DNA from: an uncultured Planctomycetota bacterium
GTDB lineage: Bacteria; Planctomycetota; Planctomycetia; Isosphaerales; Isosphaeraceae
Length of the DNA stretch: 32,000 nt
Assembly (NCBI GenBank): GCA_963823665.1
Contig: CAWGMQ010000006.1
Coordinates: 1,790,865-1,822,864, forward strand
Reading direction: 5' to 3'
Part shown: positions 7,515 through 15,959 of the stretch, one piece after another
How positions within the stretch are numbered: position 1 is the first letter of the stretch
Layout of the letters: each line of letters opens with the position of its first letter
Translations under genes and position numbers: made by a program
The notes under the pieces: model-generated
The model's input: only the letters and a program-made list of their open reading frames with translations
Told to the model about the DNA's origin: nothing
Databases searched by the model: none

Positions 7515-8168
7515 ATGAGCGACATGTCACCACCGCCGGGACAGGTGCCGGACTTAGTCGCGCGCGCCGCGTCGGGCGACCGCGCCGCTATTGTCGAGCT
7601 GCTGGAGCGGTATCGCGGGCGGCTGCGGCGGATGGTGGCGATGCGCATGGATCCCAGGCTGCGCGGCCGCGTCGACGCGTCGGATGTCATCCAGGAGGGT
7701 TACCTCGAAGCCATGAACCGGCTCGAGGAGTTCATCCGGGACCCGTCCGTGCCGTTCTACATCTGGCTGCGGTTCCTGGTCGGCCAGCGGTTGCAGAAAC
7801 AGCATCGCCACCACCTCGGGACAACAGGCCGCGACGTTGGCCGCGAGGTTTCGATTTATCGGGGCGCGATGCCCGGCGCCAGCACAGGGGCCATCGCCGC
7901 CCGGCTCCTCGGCAAGCTGACGAGCCCCAGCCAGGCGGCGCGAAGGGCCGAGCGCAAGATGCAGCTCCAGAACGCGCTCAATCAGATGGATCCACTCGAC
8001 CGCGAGATCCTCGTGTTGCGGCACTATGAGCAGATGTCGAACGTTAACGCGGCGGCCGCACTGGGGCTGAACGAATCAGCGGCCAGCAAACGCTACACAC
8101 GGGCGCTCGAGCGGCTCAGGGAGATCATGGCCGCCTTGCCCGGGGGGATCTCCGAGGACATCCCATGA
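7515..8168 (+). CDS. ECF-type RNA polymerase sigma factor (copy 2, 217 aa) of the kind paired with a Ser/Thr kinase
   Basis: The sigma-2 region contains DASDVIQEGYLEAMNRLEEFIRDPSVPFYIWLRFLVGQRL. The sigma-4 HTH contains LDREILVLRHYEQMSNVNAAAALGLNESAASKRYTRALERLREI. The stop overlaps the kinase start (ATGA at 8165..8168). Confidence 0.9.
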   Translation: MSDMSPPPGQVPDLVARAASGDRAAIVELLERYRGRLRRMVAMRMDPRLRGRVDASDVIQEGYLEAMNRLEEFIRDPSVPFYIWLRFLVGQRLQKQHRHHLGTTGRDVGREVSIYRGAMPGASTGAIAARLLGKLTSPSQAARRAERKMQLQNALNQMDPLDREILVLRHYEQMSNVNAAAALGLNESAASKRYTRALERLREIMAALPGGISEDIP

Positions 8169-9574
8169 ACGCGCCAGTCGGCGATCGCGATCCGTTCGAG
8201 ATCGTTGCCGAGGCGTTTCTCGCGCGGTTCCGGGCCGGGGAGCGGCCCAGCGTGAACGATTACGCCGCAGAGCACCCCGAGCTGGCCGACCAGATCCGCC
8301 GGCTGCTGCCGGCACTGGTGATGATCGAGCGGGACGTGTCGATTGCCGAAGAGCCCGCCCTCGACCCCACCGAAGTGAGGGACCTGGCGGGCCCAAAGCC
8401 GGGCGACTCGCGACTCCTGGGCGACTACCGGATCGTCCGAGAGATCGGCCGGGGGGGCATGGGGCTCGTGTACGAAGCGCAGCAAATCTCGCTGGGACGG
8501 CGCGTGGCTTTGAAGGTGCTCCCCCGCCACGTGCTGCGCGACCACAAGGCGCTGCAACGGTTCCATCGCGAGGCCAAGGCCGCCGCGCGGTTGCACCACA
8601 CGAACATCGTGCCTGTCTTCGACGTCGGGCAGGAAGGTGAGCACGCCTTCTACACAATGCAGTTCATCGCAGGCCAGGCACTCGACCAGGTTATCGACGA
8701 GCTGGTGCGGCTCCGGAATCGCGTCGATCGGAATCCGCTCGAGAACGGCATGGGCGGGCGGAGGGATGCGTCGAGCGGCATGCGAACCGCGGCCACGGTG
8801 GCGGACGGCCCGCGAGGTGCCAGGCTAGGGCAAGTCGCCGAGTCCCTCCTGGACGGCCGGCTGGCGACCGGAGGGATGAAATCGGCCCCGGGCGGAACCG
8901 AGCGAATCACCGAAATTGCGATGACCGAGCCGGTCGAACCGGCAGTACCCCGCTCGACCGTGCTGCCGGGCGGCGCTACGCTCTCGCTGGTCGAATCCGC
9001 CTCGCGTCGCCAGCCATACTTCCGAAGTGTCGCGCAGATCGGCCGCCAGGTGGCACAGGGGCTCTCGCACGCGCACTCGCGCGGCATCGTGCACCGCGAC
9101 ATCAAGCCGTCAAACCTTTTGCTCGATACCGCGGGCGTTGTCTGGATTACCGACTTCGGCCTGGCCAAGGCCGAGGAAGACGGATTGACGGTTACCGGCG
9201 ACATCCTGGGGACACTGCGCTACATGGCGCCGGAGCGGTTCAGCGGCACAGGAGACGCACGCAGCGATGTTTACTCGTTGGGCTTGACGCTCTACGAATT
9301 GCTCACCCTGCGGCCCGCCTTCGAGACGTCCGACCGGCTCCGGCTCATCGAGGAAATCAAATCCAAAGATGCAGAGCGTCTCCGTTCGATCGACGGCCGA
9401 ATTCCTCGGGACCTGGAAACGATCGTTCGCAAGGCGATCGACAAGGACCCGGCGCGGCGGTATTCGTCGGCAGAAGCCATGGCCGAGGACCTTCGACGGT
9501 TCCTGGACAATGAGACAATCCGCGCGCGACAGAGCAGCAGCGTCGAGCGCGTACTGGCGCTGGGCACGCCGTAA
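8165..9574 (+). CDS. Ser/Thr protein kinase, catalytic-domain segment of a frameshifted kinase-TM-WD40 gene (copy 2)
   Basis: Hanks kinase motifs are present: GRGGMGLVYEA, VALKVL, HRDIKPSNLLLD, DFGLAK, YMAPE. The ORF ends ...ARQSSSVERVLALGTP*, whereas the paralogue continues ...[18 protein letters not shown]. Confidence 0.9.
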   Translation: MNAPVGDRDPFEIVAEAFLARFRAGERPSVNDYAAEHPELADQIRRLLPALVMIERDVSIAEEPALDPTEVRDLAGPKPGDSRLLGDYRIVREIGRGGMGLVYEAQQISLGRRVALKVLPRHVLRDHKALQRFHREAKAAARLHHTNIVPVFDVGQEGEHAFYTMQFIAGQALDQVIDELVRLRNRVDRNPLENGMGGRRDASSGMRTAATVADGPRGARLGQVAESLLDGRLATGGMKSAPGGTERITEIAMTEPVEPAVPRSTVLPGGATLSLVESASRRQPYFRSVAQIGRQVAQGLSHAHSRGIVHRDIKPSNLLLDTAGVVWITDFGLAKAEEDGLTVTGDILGTLRYMAPERFSGTGDARSDVYSLGLTLYELLTLRPAFETSDRLRLIEEIKSKDAERLRSIDGRIPRDLETIVRKAIDKDPARRYSSAEAMAEDLRRFLDNETIRARQSSSVERVLALGTP

Positions 9575-11888
9575 TCCCTGGATCGCCACGCTGGGCGCGG
9601 CGCTCGCAACACTGCTCCTGGCCGTGACGATCGCTTCGCTCATCGCGGTGGGCCGGTTTGCCGATCTGGCCACGCGTCAGGAGAACTCAGCGGCGGCAGA
9701 GCGATCGTCGCGCGTGGCGGCCGAGGCCGAAACTTACCGGGCGATGCTCAGCGAGGTCAGAGCGCTGCGAGCCGGTCGCCCGCTGGGCTGGCGCGACGGC
9801 GCCCTGGGCAACCTGGCCCGGATGACCAGGGCAACGACTCCGCGCCGCGATCTGGCCGAGCTTCGAAGCGAGGCGGTCGCCTGTCTCGGCGAGTTCGACA
9901 TTGTCGAAGTGGCGCGGCTGGAAAAGCGCGAGCAGCGGCTTTGGTCGCTTGCCTTCAGCCCTGACTCCCAGACCCTGGTCACTGCAACTCTCAACGGAGA
10001 CGTCGACCTCTGGGACGTAACGCGCAAGTGCCATCTCTGGCACGCCGCGGATCCGGCCGGCCAGATTCGGCCCAAAAACTGGCCGTCCATCGACGACCCG
10101 CTCATCAAGACTGTGTTCCTGCCGGACGGCACTTTGGGTCGGACTGCCTGGAGCCATCGCATTGAATTCCTTGACGCCAAGGGCCGGCCGACCGGTCGTC
10201 CGCCATTGAGCGGCGGTAAGGCCCAAGCGACTGGGCTGGAAACTGATCGCACGGGCCGTCGCCTTGCCGTCGGGTGGGATGACGGCCGCATCGAGATCCA
10301 CGATGCGGGCATGGGTATCGTTCGAACGATCGCCGGGAGCAGGCCCGATCTCAGGATCTTTGCAATGAGTCCAGACGGCCGGTGGCTGGCTCATCGTGGT
10401 CCGAACGATTCCGTCCAGATCCGTTCGATCGAATCCGAGGCACCGCCGGTGACGCTCGGGCGACATCGTGGTGAGATCACGTCTCTTACCTTCAGCCCCG
10501 ACGGCAACACCCTGGCCAGCACATCCTGGGACCACTCGGCGCGGCTGTGGGACGTAGCTCGCCGCGACGAACTCATGGCGCTCTACGGGCACAACGAAAC
10601 GGTGACGAGCCTCGCATTCAGCCCCGATGGCAACTGGATCGCCACCACGAGCCGAGACTATTCCGTGCGAATCTGGGAAGCCAGAACCGGCGAGACTTTG
10701 TCCTTGTTGCCGGGGCTGTGGTTCCGGCAAGTCGTCGCGTTCAGCCCCGACGGCCGTTATCTGGCGGTTGACGAGATTTCCAGATTTGGGACCGCCGCGC
10801 GCGCTCGACTTTACGAGCTCAGAGGCCGCCGCGCGCGGCGGCTGCTTGCCGGCCACTTGAATGGAGCCGAATGCCTTGCAGCGCACCCCGTCCTGCCCCG
10901 GTTCGCTTCGGGAGCCGACGATCATTGCGTCATCGTCTGGGACGCGGAGACGGGCCGTGCGCTAGAGCACTGGAGGGCCCACGTGCGGTTTGTCGGCGCG
11001 GTGGCGTACAGTCCCGATGGCAGCTTGCTCGCCACTGGACAAGGCGACCAGTCTTGCGAAGTTAAACTCTGGGATTCCGCGACCGGCTCGTTGCGCCATA
11101 CCCTCATGGGCCACGCAGCGCGCGTGTTTGCCATGACGTTCGACCACGCGGGCCGCCGGCTCGCCAGCGTGGACGGAAATGGAGTGCTGGTGATCTGGGA
11201 CGTGAACACGGGGCACATACTGCGCCGCGAGCCCGAGGGAACAGACATGGTTCGCGCAGTCGCCATCACGGAGGGAGATCGGTACGTTGTCACCGGTACG
11301 GGCTCGGGTCTCATTGTCTACGATCTGGATGGGAACGCACCGCCTCGAGTCATCCCGATTCCGCGGGGCGCGCGCGAATTCGTGATCGATCGCACGCGCG
11401 ATGATCTGATTGTCGCGGGCGCCGACGGTGCGCTCTCGCGAGTCTCGCTCCGCACTTTCGCCGCCGGCGAGCGGCTCGAGGCCGCGCACGACGGCGCGAT
11501 CGAAGCGATCGCAATCTCCGGCGACGGACGGATGCTGGCGACAGGAGGCAGAACGGACGGCCAGGTTTTTCTCCGCGATGCGCAGAGCTTCGACCTGCTC
11601 TTCGCCCTACCGCCGCGGACCGGGATCGTCAAGGACCTGGAGTTCGACGCTACCGGTCGATGGTTGGCGATGGCCGGCGCCGCTGCCGACATCACGCTCT
11701 GGGATCTGAACCTGCTTCACGAAGAGCTCGCCGCGATCGGTCTGGCCTGGGACCAACCGGCGGCCCCGATCGGGCCCGCGGCGAATCTGGCGGAAATCGC
11801 CGAGCGCGAAAGGCCAAATGTTCCGACCGTATGGCCCGGTAATCACGACCCTACCGAAATCGATGCAGCCAAGGGGCTTTCTCAATGA
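9552..11888 (+). CDS. TM helix plus WD40 beta-propeller segment, the +1-frame continuation of the copy-2 kinase gene (track ORF 9369..11888)
   Basis: From 9552 it reads [33 protein letters not shown] (TM helix). WD40-type repeats follow: LAFSPDSQTLVTATLNGDVDLWDV, LTFSPDGNTLASTSWDHSARLWDV, LAFSPDGNWIATTSRDYSVRIWEA, VAYSPDGSLLATGQGDQSCEVKLWD. There is no convincing start codon of its own at the homology boundary. Confidence 0.85.
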   Translation, partial: YWRWARRNPWIATLGAALATLLLAVTIASLIAVGRFADLATRQENSAAAERSSRVAAEAETYRAMLSEVRALRAGRPLGWRDGALGNLARMTRATTPRRDLAELRSEAVACLGEFDIVEVARLEKREQRLWSLAFSPDSQTLVTATLNGDVDLWDVTRKCHLWHAADPAGQIRPKNWPSIDDPLIKTVFLPDGTLGRTAWSHRIEFLDAKGRPTGRPPLSGGKAQATGLETDRTGRRLAVGWDDGRIEIHDAGMGIVRTIAGSRPDLRIFAMSPDGRWLAHRGPNDSVQIRSIESEAPPVTLGRHRGEITSLTFSPDGNTLASTSWDHSARLWDVARRDELMALYGHNETVTSLAFSPDGNWIATTSRDYSVRIWEARTGETLSLLPGLWFRQVVAFSPDGRYLAVDEISRFGTAARARLYELRGRRARRLLAGHLNGAECLAAHPVLPRFASGADDHCVIVWDAETGRALEHWRAHVRFVGAVAYSPDGSLLATGQGDQSCEVKLWDSATGSLRHTLMGHAARVFAMTFDHAGRRLASVDGNGVLVIWDVNTGHILRREPEGTDMVRAVAITEGDRYVVTGTGSGLIVYDLDGNAPPRVIPIPRGAREFVIDRTRDDLIVAGADGALSRVSLRTFAAGERLEAAHDGAIEAIAISGDGRMLATGGRTDGQVFLRDAQSFDLLFALPPRTGIVKDLEFDATGRWLAMAGAAADITLWDLNLLHEELAAIGLAWDQPAAPIGPAANLAEIAERERPNVPTVWPGNHDPTEIDAAKGLSQ

Positions 11889-11989
11889 AGAGGCCTCGCC
11901 CGCCGACCGCGAGCAACTCGAAGCGCGGGTCGTACGATACCTGAGGAGGCTGTTCAGGCGAACCGTCGCTTCAAGCATTTCCTCTCGAG

Positions 11990-14362
11990 CTAGGCTGGCT
12001 CAAGCGGGCGTCCGAAGCTGCGAAGTTGCGCGACCCGGAAGCCGTGGCGGCGAGCCGAATCGCGCAGGCGGCACAGACTCTCCGCCGTCAGGTCGGTACC
12101 AAGGCTGGAGTTTTGGAGATGCCCGTCCAAGGCCAGCAACATCGTCTCGGCCATGCAGGCATAAGCCAGCCCGGGTCCGAGCCCGAACCGACCGAGGTGA
12201 GGGCGGCCGGGGACTTCGATAATCCCGCCATCAATGATGAGCACATCGGGCCGCGCGATAGCGACTTCGGGGCCAACATTCGCCGGCCGCGACAGGTCGC
12301 AAACGACGGCCCCGGCCCGGAGCGATCCTGGGTTGATGATCGACCCGGTGGCGCTGGTGGCAGTGACAACCAGATCGGCCGACGGCAGGACCTCGTCGAC
12401 CGCTGTGGTCAGCATCAGGGCGCCCCGACGCTCCAGGCGGCCGACGAGCGCCGCGAACGCCTCGGCCGAGGCGTCAGGGTCGGGCGCCCCGCGGCACTCC
12501 GCCAGGAATCGGGCGAACAGCGAGCCCGAGACGAAGCTGCACCCTTGGCGGTAGCCCGTGGTCAGGTGCCGGCAGATGTCGGCGGCGACCGCCAGCAGCC
12601 GGCGGCGGATTGCGGCCGGGTCGCGGTCGGGGTTGCCGACGAGCGTGAGGCGGCCGACGTTTTCGGCGAGGAGCAGGGCAACCGCCCGCCCAATCGCCCC
12701 GCCCGCCCCGACAATCGTGGCTCGCGTAGCGGCGCCGAAGTAGCCGCCGAGGGCTACCACGGCTATCGCCGCCGCCTGGACCGATGACACGGCCGTGAAC
12801 GAGTTCCCCGTGGTTACCGGGATCCCTTCCCGCGACACGTCGAGGCCACCCCGGGTGGCGATCGACGTGAACGCACCCAGCCCAACGAGCTGGGCGCCGC
12901 GCGACCGGGCTAACCCCAGCGCGGCCCGAACGCCTGCGACCGCCTTACGACGTGGCATTGCTGCCATTTGCGCGGCGGTCCAGGGTAGCGCGATGAACTC
13001 GCCGAAGATCTTCTGGCCGCCCGCGGACGTGATCCGAGCCCGGCTGACAACGAACGGCTCGAGCAGGCCCGCAACGTCGCGGCCGACCGTCCGAAGCTCG
13101 TCCGAGTCCAGTACTTTGAGCGATGGGTCAAAGTCAGCGATGTTCGCGAAGACGGGCGTGAACAGGCCCTGTTCTGCGACCGCGCCCAGCAGGCTGTCGG
13201 GCCACAGATCGCGATTGACGCGGAACCGGACGCCTAGCATATACCCTCGTCCGCGAATTTCGGCGATCAGGTGCGGGTAACGGCGCGCCAGGGCCCCGAG
13301 CCGGCGACGCAGCCGCCGGCCGTTACGTGCGACCCGGCGGACAAGTCGGCGGTTGTCGCGGGTTAGCAGCTCCAGCGTCGCAAGGCCGGCGCGGCACGCC
13401 AGGGCGTTTCCGGCAAAGGTAGAGGAGTGCTTCATTGCGAAGGTTGACGTGTATGCCGCCTCGGAGCAGAGCACCGCTCCGATCGGAACCAAGCCGCCGC
13501 CAAGCGCCTTGGCGAGCGCCATCACGTCTGGAACCACTCCCTCGGCCTCGCACGCAAAGAGGGCCCCGGTGCGCCCCAGGCCGGACTGGATCTCGTCCAA
13601 GACGAGCAGGACGCCCGCATCACGGCAGATCGCACGCGCCTCTGCCAGGTACCCGCGGGGAGGCTCCACAATACCGCCTTCGCCCTGGATCGGCTCGACG
13701 AGGAACGCGGCGTAATGCGCCGGCCGCTCGGCGAGGGCGAGCCGCAGCGCGACGGCGTCTCCAAACGGAATCGCGTCGAAGTGTGGGGCGGGCGCCCCGA
13801 AGTCCTTCTGGTATTCGGCGTTGCCAGTCGCGGAGAGCGCCCCGAGCGTTTTGCCATGGAAGCTGCGGTCGGTTGATAAGATACCGAGGCGTCCCGTGGC
13901 GGCGCGGCAGAGCTTGATCGCTACCTCGATGGCCTCGGCGCCGCTGTTCGTGAATGTCACTCGCTCGAGGCCCTGTGGAGCGATCTCCACCAATCGTGCC
14001 GCGAGCTCCCCTGCGGGACCGACCAGCGAGGGTTGTACGAAGCTGGGCTCGCGTCGGTCGCGCACGCCCTCAAGCGCTCGCCAGATCGCGGCAGGGTTGA
14101 AGCCAAACGGCAGGGCGCCGTAGGCGGCGATGCAATCCAGGTAACGCCGACCCTCGTCGTCATAAAGTTCAGTTCCTTTCCCCCGCGCGAAATGCTTATC
14201 GAGGCGGATCCTGCCGAGGAGATCGGCCAGGTAGGGGTTGACGTGGCGGGCGAAGGGATGGGCCTCACTGAGGCCGCCGGATTCGTCCATCGGGCTAATG
14301 GAGGATGAGGAAAGCGGGCTGATTTGATCACCGTTCGGCTTCCCTGTAGGTGCGGTTTTCAT
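11990..14362 (-). CDS. Bifunctional fusion: a class-III PLP aminotransferase (N-terminal) joined to an acyl-ACP-reductase-like NAD(P)-dependent reductase domain (C-terminal); 790 aa
   Basis: The N-terminal half carries FTNSGAEAIEVAIKL, FLVEPIQGEGG, LVLDEIQSGLGRTG and DVMALAKALGGG, which are aminotransferase class-III signatures including the PLP lysine context. The C-terminal half carries LGAFTSIATRGG, VTTGNSFTAVSSVQAA, ATIVGAGGAIGRAVALLL (Rossmann), ADLVVTATSATG, VLIIDGGIIEVPG and AYACMAETMLLALDG. From memory these align with cyanobacterial acyl-ACP reductase (LGGFTSII, FTTGNTHTAYV, VAVVGATGDIGSAV, MFACFAEAMLLEFEG, which contains the catalytic Cys). Confidence 0.8.
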   Translation of the reverse strand: MKTAPTGKPNGDQISPLSSSSISPMDESGGLSEAHPFARHVNPYLADLLGRIRLDKHFARGKGTELYDDEGRRYLDCIAAYGALPFGFNPAAIWRALEGVRDRREPSFVQPSLVGPAGELAARLVEIAPQGLERVTFTNSGAEAIEVAIKLCRAATGRLGILSTDRSFHGKTLGALSATGNAEYQKDFGAPAPHFDAIPFGDAVALRLALAERPAHYAAFLVEPIQGEGGIVEPPRGYLAEARAICRDAGVLLVLDEIQSGLGRTGALFACEAEGVVPDVMALAKALGGGLVPIGAVLCSEAAYTSTFAMKHSSTFAGNALACRAGLATLELLTRDNRRLVRRVARNGRRLRRRLGALARRYPHLIAEIRGRGYMLGVRFRVNRDLWPDSLLGAVAEQGLFTPVFANIADFDPSLKVLDSDELRTVGRDVAGLLEPFVVSRARITSAGGQKIFGEFIALPWTAAQMAAMPRRKAVAGVRAALGLARSRGAQLVGLGAFTSIATRGGLDVSREGIPVTTGNSFTAVSSVQAAAIAVVALGGYFGAATRATIVGAGGAIGRAVALLLAENVGRLTLVGNPDRDPAAIRRRLLAVAADICRHLTTGYRQGCSFVSGSLFARFLAECRGAPDPDASAEAFAALVGRLERRGALMLTTAVDEVLPSADLVVTATSATGSIINPGSLRAGAVVCDLSRPANVGPEVAIARPDVLIIDGGIIEVPGRPHLGRFGLGPGLAYACMAETMLLALDGHLQNSSLGTDLTAESLCRLRDSARRHGFRVAQLRSFGRPLEPA

Positions 14363-14724
14363 CGGAGGCGTTCTCTTTCTGAGCAGGTCTGGACGAGCCG
14401 GAGCGCGCAGATTTCGGCGGCCGCCACGTTCATCCGCATTTCCCGCTGCGTTTGTTAGCCCGCAGGCCGGCCGGCTCGTCAGTGTCGTCCGGCGCCGAAC
14501 CAGGGCAGAAGAGCGGCGCCCGCAGCGGAATGAGCAAACGGCGAATCGCGCTCGCTCGCCGAGAGTTAGCCCGACAGAACGTTGACTGTCACACTCTCGG
14601 AATGGCTGCCGTCGGTCCTCTCCTCGACAGGAGATTCGGGTTGCTGAGCGTCTTGGCGATCAGTGACCCGATATCCCTTATCCGCGCGCCGATCAGAAAG
14701 CGTGACTGCCCGTCTTACTACTCA

Positions 14725-14974
14725 TACTGCGAGCCGACCGGAATGCTCGCCTGGCCTTGGCTTTTTTCGTCTCCGTTTGTTGAAACGGCGGGTTCCAGGG
14801 CGTTGCCCTGGGCTGATTTGTTACTGCCCCTTCGGGGCGAGGAGTCAGTCATTCGGCGACCGCCTCGTTAGAATCGACCAGAATCGGTTAGCCGGTTCCG
14901 CCGAGTCCCACGCGCGCAAGAACCGGGAGCCTTTTTTGTCTCCGTTTATTGAAACTCGCAGTACTGTAAGTACT
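14725..14974 (+). promoter_or_regulatory. Conserved sigma-gene leader, copy 3, carrying a 170-bp duplication/insertion
   Basis: 5' arm TACTGCGAG (14725..14733) followed by CCGACCGGAAT. 3' arm CTCGCAGTA (14955..14963) directly after TTGAAAC. The 25-26-nt block CTTTTTT(C)GTCTCCGTTT(G/A)TTGAAAC occurs twice, at 14761..14786 and 14931..14955. Confidence 0.5.
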
Positions 14975-15628
14975 ATGGACGAGCTGTCGCCACCTCCAGG
15001 ACAGGTCCCCGGAGTTGTCACGCGCGCCGCCGGAGGCGACCGGGCTGCTATCGTCGAGCTGCTCGAGCGCTACCGCGCCCGGCTGCGCCGAATGGTGGCG
15101 CTGCGGCTGGACCCCCGGCTCCGGGGGCGGGTCGACGCCTCGGACGTGATCCAGGAGGGCTATCTCGATGCGATGCGGCGGCTTGAGGAGTTCATCCAGG
15201 ATCCGGCCGTGCCGTTCTACATCTGGCTGCGGTTCCTGGTCGGCCAGCGGGTGCAGGAGCAGCACCGGCGGCACCTCGGCACCTCCGGCCGGGATGACGG
15301 CCGCGAGGTGTCGATCTACCGGGGCGCCATGCCCGGCGCCAGCACCGGGGCCCTGGCCGCCCGGCTGCTCGGCAAGCTCACGAGCCCCAGCCAGGCGGCG
15401 GTGCGGGCCGAGCGGAAGGTCCGGCTCCAGGAGGCCCTTAACCGCATGGACCCGCTCGACCGCGAGATCCTGGTCCTGCGCCACTACGAGCAGATGACCA
15501 ACGGCGATGCCGCCGCGGCCCTGGGGCTCTCGTTCAAGGCGGCGAGCAAACGGTACACGCGCGCGCTCGAGCGGCTCGAGAAGATCCTGAATGCCTTACC
15601 CGGAGACCCGGGAGGGCAGGGATCATGA
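14975..15628 (+). CDS. ECF-type sigma factor (copy 3, 217 aa)
   Basis: It starts MDELSPPPGQVPGVVTRAAGGDRAAIVELLERYRARLRRMVALRLDP and is collinear with copies 2 and 4 at the same length (654 nt). The longer track ORF from 14663 adds a non-conserved extension that overlaps the leader. ATGA overlap with the kinase stub at 15625..15628. Confidence 0.85.
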   Translation: MDELSPPPGQVPGVVTRAAGGDRAAIVELLERYRARLRRMVALRLDPRLRGRVDASDVIQEGYLDAMRRLEEFIQDPAVPFYIWLRFLVGQRVQEQHRRHLGTSGRDDGREVSIYRGAMPGASTGALAARLLGKLTSPSQAAVRAERKVRLQEALNRMDPLDREILVLRHYEQMTNGDAAAALGLSFKAASKRYTRALERLEKILNALPGDPGGQGS

Positions 15629-15702
15629 GCGAACGATCTGTCGATCGCGATCCCTTCGGGGGCATTGCCGAGTCGTTCCTGGCACGGTTCCGGACTGGTT
15701 AA
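15625..15702 (+). pseudogene. N-terminal 25-codon stub of the copy-3 Ser/Thr kinase
   Basis: [25 protein letters not shown] matches [29 protein letters not shown] of copy 4. DNA similarity stops at 15699/15700, where a TAA follows. Confidence 0.8.
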
Positions 15703-15863
15703 CCGTTTGTCGGAGCTGCAGCGTGGCTGACGGCTTCGCCGGGACCATTCTGGCCACTCCCTGCTGGGCCGGACTGATCGCGATCGACAACCCGTGTATA
15801 GCCATTCACATTTGCGCTTACATTTAAACAACGGGTTGCCACACTACCACACTATGTTTGGGA

Positions 15864-15892
15864 TTGACGAGATTCCTGCCGCCTTGTAGATA
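15864..15892 (+). promoter_or_regulatory. Candidate sigma70-like promoter for the methyltransferase gene
   Basis: TTGACG (15864..15869), a 17-nt spacer, then TAGATA (15887..15892), about 68 nt upstream of the ATG at 15960. This is a pattern match only, and the -10 box is weak. Confidence 0.25.
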
Positions 15893-15959
15893 GAGCAAGC
15901 CACCAAGCAGGCCTTTTTGCACCTTTGGTACAAGTGATCACACACAAGTGAGGCTCAAC

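Noticed and set aside
9541-9560. Programmed ribosomal frameshifting as the explanation for the split kinase genes (also at about 23460)
   Set aside because: There is no X XXY YYZ slippery heptamer or obvious downstream pseudoknot at either site. The two sites are unrelated in sequence and shift in opposite directions. Mutation or assembly error is more parsimonious.
11889-11989. Looked for a bidirectional rho-independent terminator between the convergent kinase-2 and aminotransferase-fusion genes
   Set aside because: No stable GC stem followed by a T/A tract could be identified by eye.
14663-14974. N-terminal extensions of sigma ORFs in the track (14663.. for copy 3, 20545.. for copy 4)
   Set aside because: The extensions are not conserved between copies and overlap the conserved leader. 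All intact copies align from M-x-(D/E)-(M/L)-SPPPGQ and are then exactly 654 nt long.
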